DNA from: a virus
Lineage: Duplodnaviria > Caudoviricetes
DNA: 62,167 bases
Virus record (IMG/VR): IMGVR_UViG_3300032373_000007
Span: 1 to 62,167 of that record
Reading direction: 5' to 3' (one strand)
The notes under the pieces were generated by a model, which was given only the letters and a program-made list of their open reading frames with translations, had not been told where the DNA came from and ran no database searches. Made by a program: the position numbers and the translations under genes. Below are positions 44,897 to 54,040 of the stretch, piece after piece (within the stretch, counting starts at the first letter, position 1; each line of letters starts with the position of its first letter).

Positions 44897-45871
44897 TCAG
44901 AGCGTCAGGGGCACCTTGTGGTCACCCGGCAGTCCGAGCAGCGCTGCGTTCGCCTGTCGCCGCCTCTCAGCGCTCTCCATAGTGTTCTTGTCGTAGGCCT
45001 GCAGTCGCTCCTTGCTGTCCGTCTCAAGCACCGGGTCATCGAAGCAGCGGCAGCCCGGCCTCTGTCCTGGGTGGCCGTCGATGGGGTGGCCTCGACCTGC
45101 GTAGTCGAAGAGCTTGCCGTCCAGGTCCCAGTGTGAGGGCGTGGCGTCGGGGTACTTGCCCCCGGGGTTGCCCGTGACCCGCACGTCTTTCATGTTCCGC
45201 CAGCGGTACTGCCTCACCCCGAGCTGCTGCTTGCGGAGCCTGGAGATCTGTCCGTTCAGCCGGTGCATCTGGTTGCGAGCGATCCTCTCGCCGTTGTACT
45301 TCGCACCGTCCACAGGCGAGAGCTTGCCGGCGTCCCGGAAGCCTTCGTCAAGCAGGCGGGTGAGCTCGCGGTTGCTGAGCCCCTCCCGGATCCCCCGCTC
45401 CATGAGCTTCGCCACCTCGTCGTGGTAGCGCTCGTCGATGGTCTTGATCAGGGCCACGTTCTCGCGAATGAAGGCGTCGATCACATCCGGCCCACCCACG
45501 TAGGGGGGCAGGACAGACACCCGGGCGACCCGAGCCAGCTTCTTGTCGGTGTAGTCCAGGGTGCGCAGCTGGAGCTTCAGCGCGAGGTCTCGGATGTCCT
45601 CCTCGTCAGGAGCGAACTGCTCCCGGATGAATTCGCGCAGGGAGAGCATCGCCGTGATCACGGCCTGGATGTCCTCTTCCTCGGAGTCCTGGCGCGTCTC
45701 GGAGGGCCTGCGCTGAGCGTTGAGGGTCTTGGTGATCCTCGCGTCATAGAGGCGGTGCACCATGGCCGCGCGCCTCTCCAGGGCCTCCCGGTAGAGCTGC
45801 TCGATGGACGAGGGGTAGCCAGGGGGGCGGCGCCTGCTGGAGCCGTCGCAGCGCAGCGAGTGCATGACCAT
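44897..45871 (-). CDS. minor head protein (Mu gpF/SPP1 gp7 family)
   Basis: ENVALIKTI, RIARNQ..LNG, YRWR...D.RV, HPGQRPGCRC. Confidence 0.9.
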   Translation of the reverse strand: MVMHSLRCDGSSRRRPPGYPSSIEQLYREALERRAAMVHRLYDARITKTLNAQRRPSETRQDSEEEDIQAVITAMLSLREFIREQFAPDEEDIRDLALKLQLRTLDYTDKKLARVARVSVLPPYVGGPDVIDAFIRENVALIKTIDERYHDEVAKLMERGIREGLSNRELTRLLDEGFRDAGKLSPVDGAKYNGERIARNQMHRLNGQISRLRKQQLGVRQYRWRNMKDVRVTGNPGGKYPDATPSHWDLDGKLFDYAGRGHPIDGHPGQRPGCRCFDDPVLETDSKERLQAYDKNTMESAERRRQANAALLGLPGDHKVPLTL

Positions 45872-48273
45872 CAGTCCGCCTTCCGTGCCCGCTCCACCGT
45901 CTCGGTCGCGAAGGTCTTCATGGTGTCGCCACCCCAGCCCAGCCAGGACACCCAGCCCGCATCCTTCCAGGGCTCGTCCTTGTGCTCCTGGGCCACGGCC
46001 TTCGTGGCGCTCTGGGCACCATGCCGGGCGAACCACGCGGCGACCTCGACCAGGTCTTGGCCCGAGATCTTCCCGCCCTTGGCGAGCTGCCGGGCGCGGG
46101 CCCAGCCGGTGCTGGTCATGCCCTTCACCGCAGACCCGTGCTCCTCCTTCCAGGCCAGCACCTTCTGGGCGTTGCCCTTGGCGCTGGCGGGGATGGTGAA
46201 CTGCCTGCTGCGGAAGTCGGCATCTTCGCCGTCATGCCGACCAGCCAGCGGGGCGATGGTGAGCACGTCCCCGCCTCGGCGAACCTCAACCGAGCCCACA
46301 GACCACTCGATCTCGGGCACCTCAAGGGCGAGCACCACGGCCCGCTGCTCATCGGTCAGGCCAGCAGGCGCATAGCCGACGGTCAGGTGGGCGTGGAACT
46401 CGGGGAACTGCCGGGCCTGAATGAGGTCGGCGCAGTCCCGCAGGATGGCCTGGTGGAGCTGGTAGAACACGTGGCACCACACGGTCAGCACCACGGGGGT
46501 CTGGCCGTCACTCCCCTCGGAAGGCTCAAAGAGCGTGAGGCTGTCGACGCTGACCTGGGCGGGCACGCATCGCCTCGACACGTCGATGGTGCGGCGCGCG
46601 AACTCTGCGGCCTGCTCGCTCGTGAGCTTGCCGGCGTAGAGTACGGTGATGTGGGGGTCCTCCTGCTCGGGCATCTCGCCCACAATCTCCTCGACTGCTG
46701 CGCGGACACCTTGCCAGAGGGCTCGGAGGGATTCGGGCAGGGGCACCATGACCAGCGTGGATGCCTCGTCGATGGCGTCCTCTCGCTCCTGCTCTCGGGC
46801 TGCGGCGTCGGTCTCCGCAGCAGCCAGCAACCGCGCCAGCTCGGCCTCCTCAGCCGCCGCCTGCTCCTCCTCATCGAGGGGCGGAACCTCGTCGCGCCAG
46901 CCCTCGGCGCCGTAGCGGGCCGTCCTGACGCGGTCGAGTGAGATGTGCCCAGCGTCCACCGCTGCGATGTCGGCCATGGTGGTGACCTGCCGAATCTGGG
47001 CGCGCTCCAGGGGTGAGGACTTGCCGAGGGGCCGGTACTTGACTGCCAGCCGGTCGGGCTGCTCCATCCCCTGCTCGGCGATCAGGCACCGGTAGATGAA
47101 CCGCATGGGGCCCAGCATCCTCGAGGTCTGGAAGGTCGAGATGTCAGCGTGCCAGGATGCCTGCCAGGAGTCGCCGTCGGTGTTCAGTCCGCTCGGGGCC
47201 TGCCCGAAGAGCCGGGGGGCCGGGATGCGGGTGTAGAGCTGCAGCATGTTCATGGCGTGCTCTGAGAGGTCCCGGAAGCCGGAGAGCTGCACAGGTAGGC
47301 GCTCGACGTGTTCATCGTCGCCAACGAACACCGCTTGGGCGATGCTCTTCTGCTGCATCATTTGCGACAGCCAGCCGAGGAACCGGGATGAGCCATCCCC
47401 AGCGCTCTTCGCTCTTGCGTCCTTGATCTTCATCACCAGCAGCGAGATCTCCTGAGCAGCCCGAGCTCCAGCAGCACCGAGCTGCCCGACGTCCCGCACG
47501 CCGTCCCAGATGACCTGGCCCACCGCGTCGGCAGCCCCGGGCCACATCACGCCACCAGAGGCATAGGCGACAGACCTGTGGAGGTAGTCGCCGTAGAAGC
47601 GGAGCAGGCGAGAGGTATGGACTCGCTGACCGCTGCCGAGCTCTGTGATGTCGCCGGCCACGTTCGGGGTCACCGAGTAGAAGAGCGGCTGGCCACACGT
47701 CGGGGAGCGCAGGTCGGAGTCCCACTCGATGGGCGTGAACTCGTGAGGGTCGAGCACCACGATGCTGTGAACCTTGCGCACGTTCTCGGGAACGAGAGGC
47801 TTGCTCCAGTCCTTCAGCCCGTCGTCGACGACCACCAGCAGTCGGGCCTCAGCGAAGGCGCGGCCCAGGTACTGCGCGATCCTCATGCTCTCCTGGACGC
47901 CCAACTCGTCCCAGCGGTCCATGACGCTGGCGAACTCCCGCGAGCCGCCCATGATGTCCTGGCCCTCGCGGGTCGCGTCGTCGCCGAAGACGGAGCAGAT
48001 CGCCCGGTAGGGGCCACCCCGGGTCATGGCGTGGAGCTCTTGGAGGCTCAGGAAGTCGCGGGAGAGATACGGCCGCGCGGTGGCCCCCGAGTCTTTCGCC
48101 AGGCCCAGACCAGACAGGTCGTTGACCATCGAGGCACCGGACCTGGTGGCGCCCACGGCGTTGGCGTCTGCCCGGGCAGCGCTCGGCATTGGAGCAGGGG
48201 CGGGCGGCTCTGAGATCAGCACGGTCAGGGCGCGGCGGGCTCGTGCTCGGATGCCCTCGGTGGGGTCAGCCAC
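45871..48273 (-). CDS. portal (DUF1073-like) fused to a 2H phosphoesterase and a C-terminal domain
   Basis: DDATREG, VHTSRLLRF, IPAPRLFGQAPSGLN (portal); PHITV and AHLTVGY (2H); C-terminal GWARARQLA...WFARH...WLGWGG domain. Confidence 0.88.
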   Translation of the reverse strand: MADPTEGIRARARRALTVLISEPPAPAPMPSAARADANAVGATRSGASMVNDLSGLGLAKDSGATARPYLSRDFLSLQELHAMTRGGPYRAICSVFGDDATREGQDIMGGSREFASVMDRWDELGVQESMRIAQYLGRAFAEARLLVVVDDGLKDWSKPLVPENVRKVHSIVVLDPHEFTPIEWDSDLRSPTCGQPLFYSVTPNVAGDITELGSGQRVHTSRLLRFYGDYLHRSVAYASGGVMWPGAADAVGQVIWDGVRDVGQLGAAGARAAQEISLLVMKIKDARAKSAGDGSSRFLGWLSQMMQQKSIAQAVFVGDDEHVERLPVQLSGFRDLSEHAMNMLQLYTRIPAPRLFGQAPSGLNTDGDSWQASWHADISTFQTSRMLGPMRFIYRCLIAEQGMEQPDRLAVKYRPLGKSSPLERAQIRQVTTMADIAAVDAGHISLDRVRTARYGAEGWRDEVPPLDEEEQAAAEEAELARLLAAAETDAAAREQEREDAIDEASTLVMVPLPESLRALWQGVRAAVEEIVGEMPEQEDPHITVLYAGKLTSEQAAEFARRTIDVSRRCVPAQVSVDSLTLFEPSEGSDGQTPVVLTVWCHVFYQLHQAILRDCADLIQARQFPEFHAHLTVGYAPAGLTDEQRAVVLALEVPEIEWSVGSVEVRRGGDVLTIAPLAGRHDGEDADFRSRQFTIPASAKGNAQKVLAWKEEHGSAVKGMTSTGWARARQLAKGGKISGQDLVEVAAWFARHGAQSATKAVAQEHKDEPWKDAGWVSWLGWGGDTMKTFATETVERARKAD

Positions 48274-48292
48274 AGGGGCACCTCCTGGGGCG

Positions 48293-48303
48293 TATGTAGC
48301 TGC
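48293..48303 (-). promoter_or_regulatory. putative late promoter GCAGCTACATA
   Basis: About 20 nt before the portal GTG, upstream of AGGAGG. Confidence 0.75.
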
Positions 48304-48308
48304 TGGGG

Positions 48309-48614
48309 CTACTTCGGCGCCGTCTTCCGCCTCAGCACCAGCCGCAGCACGTGCGCAGCCAGGATCGGCAGGATGGGCTCGTCATCCTCGAAGGGCAGCA
48401 CCCGCTCCACGATGTCGGCTGCGTGGGCCCGGGTCAGCTGCGGGCTAACGTAGCTCCTGTCCTCGGGGTCCACGGTGCGGACGTGGGCCAGCCCTGCCCG
48501 GGCTTCGCCCGCGGTGATCGTGGGCTCGTCGAGCATCATGGGGCCCTTGCCGCTGCGGAGCCATCGGCGACTCTTGCGCTGGATGGTCGTGGTGTAGGTG
48601 GTGGGGTGGGTCAC
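48309..48614 (-). CDS. moron hypothetical protein
   Basis: GTG overlaps the upstream stop. Confidence 0.55.
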   Translation of the reverse strand: MTHPTTYTTTIQRKSRRWLRSGKGPMMLDEPTITAGEARAGLAHVRTVDPEDRSYVSPQLTRAHAADIVERVLPFEDDEPILPILAAHVLRLVLRRKTAPK

Positions 48615-48994
48615 GGCGCCTCCGATTCGACCATGGCGCGCAGGCCGATGAGGGCCTGGAGCAGCTGTCGCCCCTTGCTGCTGGCTCTCGGGTCGCCGTC
48701 AACCTTAAGCATCTCAGCCTCGCAGGCCGCAAGCTGCAGGCGGCTCGCCTCCTCAGGTGAGTCGCAGCAGGCGTAGACGGCCCCGTGACGGATCCCCTCG
48801 TGGGGCAGCTTCACAGCCTGCCCGTTGTCGCGGAGGCTGGTCAGGGCGGCCATGACTCGCTGGCTTGCTGGGTACTGCCAGCGCTTGCCATCGAAGACGT
48901 CGAGAGCCTTGCCGATATCGTTGCTGCTCATCGGGGCGTCGGCGTCGAGCAGGATGCTGTCGACCATTGGTGTGGTGATGGTTCGGGCACTCAT
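48611..48994 (-). CDS. moron hypothetical protein (winged-helix-like)
   Basis: First gene after P9; ACAGGAG RBS. Confidence 0.6.
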   Translation of the reverse strand: MSARTITTPMVDSILLDADAPMSSNDIGKALDVFDGKRWQYPASQRVMAALTSLRDNGQAVKLPHEGIRHGAVYACCDSPEEASRLQLAACEAEMLKVDGDPRASSKGRQLLQALIGLRAMVESEAP

Positions 48995-49020
48995 GGTCGG
49001 TAGCTCCTGTGTCTACTTGC

Positions 49021-49049
49021 AGCATAGGCCACCACGGCCAACCGCGCTA
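49021..49049 (-). promoter_or_regulatory. sigma70-like promoter with operator (P9)
   Basis: TAGCGC-17 nt-TATGCT; operator GCCACCACGGC. Confidence 0.65.
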
Positions 49050-50648
49050 CCACCCAAACGAAGCGAACCCGCCACCCTCGTCCGTCTGCTCCCGGGTCCA
49101 CCGCATGTGTAGCTGGCTCGCGGCGTCGACGTCGTCGTCGTGCATGGCCGAGGGGCCGAAGCTCACGTGCGAGGCGATCCAGTCGCCCACCCACGGCGCG
49201 AAACTCGGCGAGGGTAGCCAGATGAGCCCGGCCTGGGCGACCGTCTCGGTGTAGCCCGCTCGCACCGGCTTGCTCTTGTCCTTGCCTGGCGTGTCCTTCT
49301 GGGGGTTGAAGGGGATGAGGGGCACCCCTGCGTAGCTCCCGCCCCTGTGCTGCATGTAGGACGTGCCGTTGGCTGCATCCTCGATGTACGCAAAGCGCGC
49401 GTAGGCCTTCCACTTCTCGATGACCGAGTCCATCGCCACCAGGAAGCCAGGCAGGTCCATCTGGTCGTGGACCCGGTCGAGCAGGTAGCGGCGGTTGTCG
49501 TCGTAGAGCGCCCAGACCTGGATGCTGTGGAAGTCGTTCTCGGTGCCGGCCTTCTTCGCGGCGTCCACCGTGATAGCCACCTCCTGGGCCCCAACAGCGA
49601 TGGAGACGGGCGCACCCTTGTAGATGTTGCTGAACCACGCCCGCTTGAACTGCGTGCCCTCCTTGGCTGTGGGGCGCATATCGAGCTGCCCGGGGGCCTG
49701 CCACCCCAGCTTCTTGCGGAGCTTGGTGACCTCCTCGCGGGGGAACAGGGCGGGGAACATGAGCTCACCCGGGGCCTCCCGTGGATCCTCGTCGTAGATG
49801 CCGCCGAGTTCCTCGGGAAACTCTGGGTCGTACTCCATCGGCAGGACCACGGCCTTCCAGTCACCCTCGGCCAGGGCCCGGCCTGCAGGGTCGATGGGGT
49901 GCAGCCGCTGCATGATGAGCAGCCAGCGGGCCTCGGCCTGGATGTTGACCCGGGTGGAGAGTCGCTGCTCGATGGCGCTGTTGGCTGCCATGCACCGCCC
50001 GAAGATGATCTCCTGCGAGCCGCTGATCACGTCGGCCACGTCCACCGGGTCGTCGATGGTGATGTCGTCGCCGCGCTCTCCGGTGTACTTGGAGCTCATG
50101 CCGAAGCACTTGCGGAAACCTCGGGCAGTGTTCTCGAAGTTCTGTTTCTCGTTCTGGTCGGCTGCGAAGTCCCAGGGCTCCTCGCTGCGACGGCGGGCGA
50201 GATCCTCGACCATCTGCCGGTAGAGCTTCGACTGCAGCACCTGGCGCGTCCTGCGGGAGTCGCGGCGGGCGAGCCGGTCAGTGCTCGAGATCACCAGTCG
50301 GCGGCGGCTCGGGCTGTGGAGCCACTCCCAGGCAGGGGCCAGGACGGAGGCCAGCAGGCTCTTGGCTGAGCCAGGCGGGAGGCAGATCAGGAGCTTGCGG
50401 TAGGCAGGGTCCCCGGTCATCTGCCGCTGGACAGCTCGGCAGACGGTGTCGAAGTGCCAGGGCCACCGGAGGCGGGCAGGCTCAACCTCAGCCCACATCA
50501 GGCGCACGAATGCTGCCAGGGACTCCGGGTCCTCCGGTCGCAGGGAGCACTCGAAGAGCCAGGCGTTGCGCCTCACGGTCTGCCGTCGCCGCTTCTCCTC
50601 TCGCCAGAGACGGGCCTGCGTCTCGATGTCCAGGGCGGCGAGAACCAT
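49047..50648 (-). CDS. terL: terminase large subunit
   Basis: CLPPGSAKS, GERGDDITIDDP, IMQRLH, TVDAA, YIEDAANG, HDDDVDA. Confidence 0.95.
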   Translation of the reverse strand: MVLAALDIETQARLWREEKRRRQTVRRNAWLFECSLRPEDPESLAAFVRLMWAEVEPARLRWPWHFDTVCRAVQRQMTGDPAYRKLLICLPPGSAKSLLASVLAPAWEWLHSPSRRRLVISSTDRLARRDSRRTRQVLQSKLYRQMVEDLARRRSEEPWDFAADQNEKQNFENTARGFRKCFGMSSKYTGERGDDITIDDPVDVADVISGSQEIIFGRCMAANSAIEQRLSTRVNIQAEARWLLIMQRLHPIDPAGRALAEGDWKAVVLPMEYDPEFPEELGGIYDEDPREAPGELMFPALFPREEVTKLRKKLGWQAPGQLDMRPTAKEGTQFKRAWFSNIYKGAPVSIAVGAQEVAITVDAAKKAGTENDFHSIQVWALYDDNRRYLLDRVHDQMDLPGFLVAMDSVIEKWKAYARFAYIEDAANGTSYMQHRGGSYAGVPLIPFNPQKDTPGKDKSKPVRAGYTETVAQAGLIWLPSPSFAPWVGDWIASHVSFGPSAMHDDDVDAASQLHMRWTREQTDEGGGFASFGW

Positions 50649-51445
50649 TACTCCTCCGTGGAGTAGTCGTCGTGGTCGAGCACGGGCCGGCGGTTGCGGA
50701 ACTCCTCGGGGGGAAGGTGGGCGAGTTCTTCGCGGGCCTGCTCTTCGACGGTGACTCCGCCGGAGTGCTTCATGTCCACCTGGTCTGCCCCCGCGTACCC
50801 GAGCGCCTTGGCCAGCGTCGCGAAGGTGTGGCGCATCTCGGTCGCCGCCTTCATGTGGGCCATGGAATCCAGCCCGATCACGTCGCCGGCCCGGTTGTAC
50901 TTGAGGGGCAGCTCGTCCTGCATGAACGCCCGCATCATGTCGACGGACTCGACGAGACCCTCGTTGGCTGCCAGGAAGGCCTCGGTCATCAGGGGGAACA
51001 CCACGGCCGCCAGACTTGAGTGCACCCTGGACAGGACTGCCGAGATCCTGGGCCTCCGCTTCCACTCGCTGGCGGTGCTTTCCGCGATACCTGCCGCCTC
51101 CGCAGCCTGCCGCTGGCTACGTGTCTGGAGCAGCACCAGCACGAAGATCTGCTCTCTCGGGTCCAGCAGCCGCAGCCCATCCTCTGCCGCCGCCATCAGG
51201 GTGGATGCATCCGGGGCCGACTTCGCTATCTTCGGGGCATCATGAGTAGCGACGGGCGTGGATGCATCCGATCGGGGGGTGGATGCATCCGGGGTCGAAG
51301 TCGCCTTGGCTCTGCGAATTCTGGACTTCAGCGTGCCCAGCGGGACGCTCCACTTGTCGGCAGCCTTGCGCTGACTCATCCCGCCCTCGACCGCCAGCAC
51401 GGCCTTGCGGATGACGTCCTCCGGTGCTGCCGCTGCGCGGGGCAT
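50648..51445 (-). CDS. terS: terminase small subunit (HTH)
   Basis: Two HTH motifs; coupled upstream of TerL; DQVDMKHSG tail. Confidence 0.75.
   Translation of the reverse strand: MPRAAAAPEDVIRKAVLAVEGGMSQRKAADKWSVPLGTLKSRIRRAKATSTPDASTPRSDASTPVATHDAPKIAKSAPDASTLMAAAEDGLRLLDPREQIFVLVLLQTRSQRQAAEAAGIAESTASEWKRRPRISAVLSRVHSSLAAVVFPLMTEAFLAANEGLVESVDMMRAFMQDELPLKYNRAGDVIGLDSMAHMKAATEMRHTFATLAKALGYAGADQVDMKHSGGVTVEEQAREELAHLPPEEFRNRRPVLDHDDYSTEE
51203..51290. repeat. three palindromic GGATGCATCC boxes in terS (candidate pac site)
   Basis: Copies at 51203, 51260 and 51281, each within GTGGATGCATCCG. Confidence 0.6.
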
Positions 51446-52389
51446 CAGTTCGCCCCCGCGAACAGCTTCCGCTGCCGAGCCCCACTCCCACGAGCTGCCA
51501 CCGCGCTCATCTCCTCCACCAGCTTCCACAGGACGCCCGGGTCTACCTCGCCCACGCCAGACGCCTCAAGTGCAGCCCTCACACGCCCAGGCCACACCCC
51601 GAAGTTCCCAGACCGGCGCTGCGCCACGCTCTCGGTGAGCTCCATTAGCTCCGCACACGTGAACTGCTGGCGCAGGGCGCGCCTCAGCCGCCTCTGCTCG
51701 TCTCGGGCAGCCCCAGGTGGGGCGATGGGCTCCTGCGGGGCGTGGAACCGCCCCAGGGCCCCTGCGTTGACGTCTGGGTGGTCCAGCTCGACCGGGAAGG
51801 CGAGGATCAACAGCCGGGTCTCCACCGACTCCAGGGACAGCCCCGTCACGTCCTGTATCTCCTCAGTGGTCAGCGCATCCCAGGTGCTGCCGGTCGCCTC
51901 CCACACAAGCCCGGCCATCTTCATCGCTGACTTCTGCATGGCGTGGGGCACGGGCCGAGCTGGGTAGGTCTTCTCGTGCCAGAGATTCACGGCGAACATG
52001 GTCCTGGTCCGCGCGTAGGTCGAGAACTGCAGCCCCCTGTCCGGGTCCCACCGCTCGGCAGCTGTGTAGAGCTGGACCCAGACTTCGCCCACCAGGTCCT
52101 GGAACTGCGGGTGCCGCGCGTGCTTCGTGAGCCAGCGGGCAGCGAAGAGCGGTTCGCCTGCCATCGCCAGGGCCCACACTGCAGCCTGGTACTGCTCGAG
52201 GAGCGCTCCCACACACTCCGGCTGTGCTGCTGGCCAGTCCGCGGCCCGGACCTGGTCGTCGAAGGTCTTGACGTCGCCGCCTGTGACCGGGATGCCTGCC
52301 CCGTGCTCGTCGAGGGTGCGCTGCACGGCCTGCCGGGCATCTCTCAGCGTCTGAGCTCGCTGGATGGCCTCGGCGTGGGTGACGCGCAT
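51445..52389 (-). CDS. phage sigma70-family RNA polymerase sigma factor
   Basis: Region 2: QDLVGEVWVQLYTAAERWDPDRGLQFSTYA; region 3-like TTEEIQDVTGLS. Confidence 0.8.
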   Translation of the reverse strand: MRVTHAEAIQRAQTLRDARQAVQRTLDEHGAGIPVTGGDVKTFDDQVRAADWPAAQPECVGALLEQYQAAVWALAMAGEPLFAARWLTKHARHPQFQDLVGEVWVQLYTAAERWDPDRGLQFSTYARTRTMFAVNLWHEKTYPARPVPHAMQKSAMKMAGLVWEATGSTWDALTTEEIQDVTGLSLESVETRLLILAFPVELDHPDVNAGALGRFHAPQEPIAPPGAARDEQRRLRRALRQQFTCAELMELTESVAQRRSGNFGVWPGRVRAALEASGVGEVDPGVLWKLVEEMSAVAARGSGARQRKLFAGAN

Positions 52390-52437
52390 ACGCTCTCGGG
52401 TTCAGGTGGTCGGTGGGCGCCAGGTGGCGTTCCTGGA

Positions 52438-52647
52438 TCATTGTAACGCCAGCGTGGCCAATGATGCACCCTCACTGCCCGAGCCGAGCTGCAGCCCCAC
52501 CCCACGAATCGCGTGGGTGAGCTCCCGCAGCCTCCGCCGCTGGGCCTGGGTCCATCCCTCGGGCCCCACCAGCTGCACCAGATCGTCTCGCTCTGCCTTC
52601 ATGGCCTCGAGGTGGGCCTGGAACTCCTCCACGTGGTCCTTGTTCAC
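52438..52647 (-). CDS. hypothetical protein
   Basis: GTG overlaps the DnaB stop. Confidence 0.5.
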   Translation of the reverse strand: MNKDHVEEFQAHLEAMKAERDDLVQLVGPEGWTQAQRRRLRELTHAIRGVGLQLGSGSEGASLATLALQ

Positions 52648-54014
52648 CACGCCCTCCCATCGCCGAAGTCGGCCGGCGTCGGCATCCTCACGACCCGCAC
52701 ATGCGCCAGGTTCTCGAATCGCGTGTACTGCCCCAGGAAGGCCAGCTTGACGGTGCCGGTGGAGCCGCCGCGCTGCTTCGCCACGATGACTTCGGCCACC
52801 CCGGGCTCGGTGGTCGTCTCTGGGTTGTAGACCTCGTCCCGGTAGATGAACATGACGCAGTCGGCGTCCTGCTCGATGGCGCCCGAGTCCCGTAGATCGC
52901 TCAGCAGCGGGCGCTTGTTCGGACGCTGCTCGCACCCTCGGTTGAGCTGGCTCAGGGCGAGCGTGGCGATGTCGAGTTCCTTGGCGACCAGCTTCAGGCC
53001 TCTGGAGATCTCCGAGATCTGCTCTTGGCGGCTCTCTCCCCGTCGGCCGCTCCCCTGCATCAGGCCGATGTAGTCGATGACGATCAGGCCAAGGCCCGGG
53101 TCGGCTCGCTTCATGCGTCGCGCCTTGCTGCGGAGCTGCATCAGGGTGAGCGCCGGGGTGTCGTCGATGTAGACGGGCAGGGCGGCGAGGGCCTCGGTGG
53201 ACTCTTGGAGGCGCTGCCAGTCGTCCCCTGTGAGGCTCGCAGTGCGCATCCGGCCGGCGTTGACTTTGCCGTGGGAGCAGAGCTGGCGGTCGACAACCTC
53301 GGACTTGCCCATCTCAAGGGAGAAGATCCCAACGCCTACGCCGGAGAGGGCGACGTTGCGAGCGATGTCCAGCGCTAAACTGGTCTTACCCATCGCAGGC
53401 CTCGCAGCCAGGATGTAGAGCTTCGTGGGCTTCAGCCCTGCCAACTTCGTGTCGAGGTCCGTGAACCCCGTGGGCATCCCCGACACGCTGTCCGGGTCCT
53501 CGTGGGCTGCGACGTGGTGGGCCCACCGCTGCGGCGCCAGCTGCGCCATCGTGGACCATGTCGACGACTGCCGGGTCTGGGTGACTACGAAGACGGTGGC
53601 TTCGGCGAAGTCTCGCAGCTCGACCGGCTCGTCAGGATCTTCGAGTGCCTTGTCGGCGATGAGCTTGCCGGCCTCCACCAGCCGCCTGGCGAGGGCTCTG
53701 CGCTGGATGATCGCGGCGTAGTATTCCAAGTTCTCGGTGCTGGGGACACCGTCAGGCAGTGCAGTGAAGTAGGCATGTCCGCCGAAGGCATCGGCGTCCT
53801 CGGCTGCGCGCTCGAAGACGGCCAGCGCATCGCACGGCTCACCCTTGCGGGCCATGTCGAGCATCAGCCTGAAGAGCTTCTGGTGGGCCTCGCGGTAGAA
53901 GTCGCCCGGTTCGAGCATGTCGGCGATGTCAGAGAGCCGCTCGGGGTCGAGCATCAGCCCGCCGAGGACGGCACGCTCGGACTCGGGGCTCTGGGGCAGT
54001 GGTCGGGTGGTCAT
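52644..54014 (-). CDS. dnaB: replicative DNA helicase DnaB
   Basis: PQSPESERAVLGGLM, AARPAMGKT, FSLEM, IVIDY, LSQLNR, SDLRDSGAIEQDAD. Confidence 0.97.
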   Translation of the reverse strand: MTTRPLPQSPESERAVLGGLMLDPERLSDIADMLEPGDFYREAHQKLFRLMLDMARKGEPCDALAVFERAAEDADAFGGHAYFTALPDGVPSTENLEYYAAIIQRRALARRLVEAGKLIADKALEDPDEPVELRDFAEATVFVVTQTRQSSTWSTMAQLAPQRWAHHVAAHEDPDSVSGMPTGFTDLDTKLAGLKPTKLYILAARPAMGKTSLALDIARNVALSGVGVGIFSLEMGKSEVVDRQLCSHGKVNAGRMRTASLTGDDWQRLQESTEALAALPVYIDDTPALTLMQLRSKARRMKRADPGLGLIVIDYIGLMQGSGRRGESRQEQISEISRGLKLVAKELDIATLALSQLNRGCEQRPNKRPLLSDLRDSGAIEQDADCVMFIYRDEVYNPETTTEPGVAEVIVAKQRGGSTGTVKLAFLGQYTRFENLAHVRVVRMPTPADFGDGRAW

Positions 54015-54040
54015 GGTCGGTGTCCTGTGGGCGTTGGGGT

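Noticed and set aside
49104-49115. CATGTGTAGCTG as a late promoter
   Set aside because: Mismatch to TATGTAGCT, inside terL, and the downstream genes already have P9
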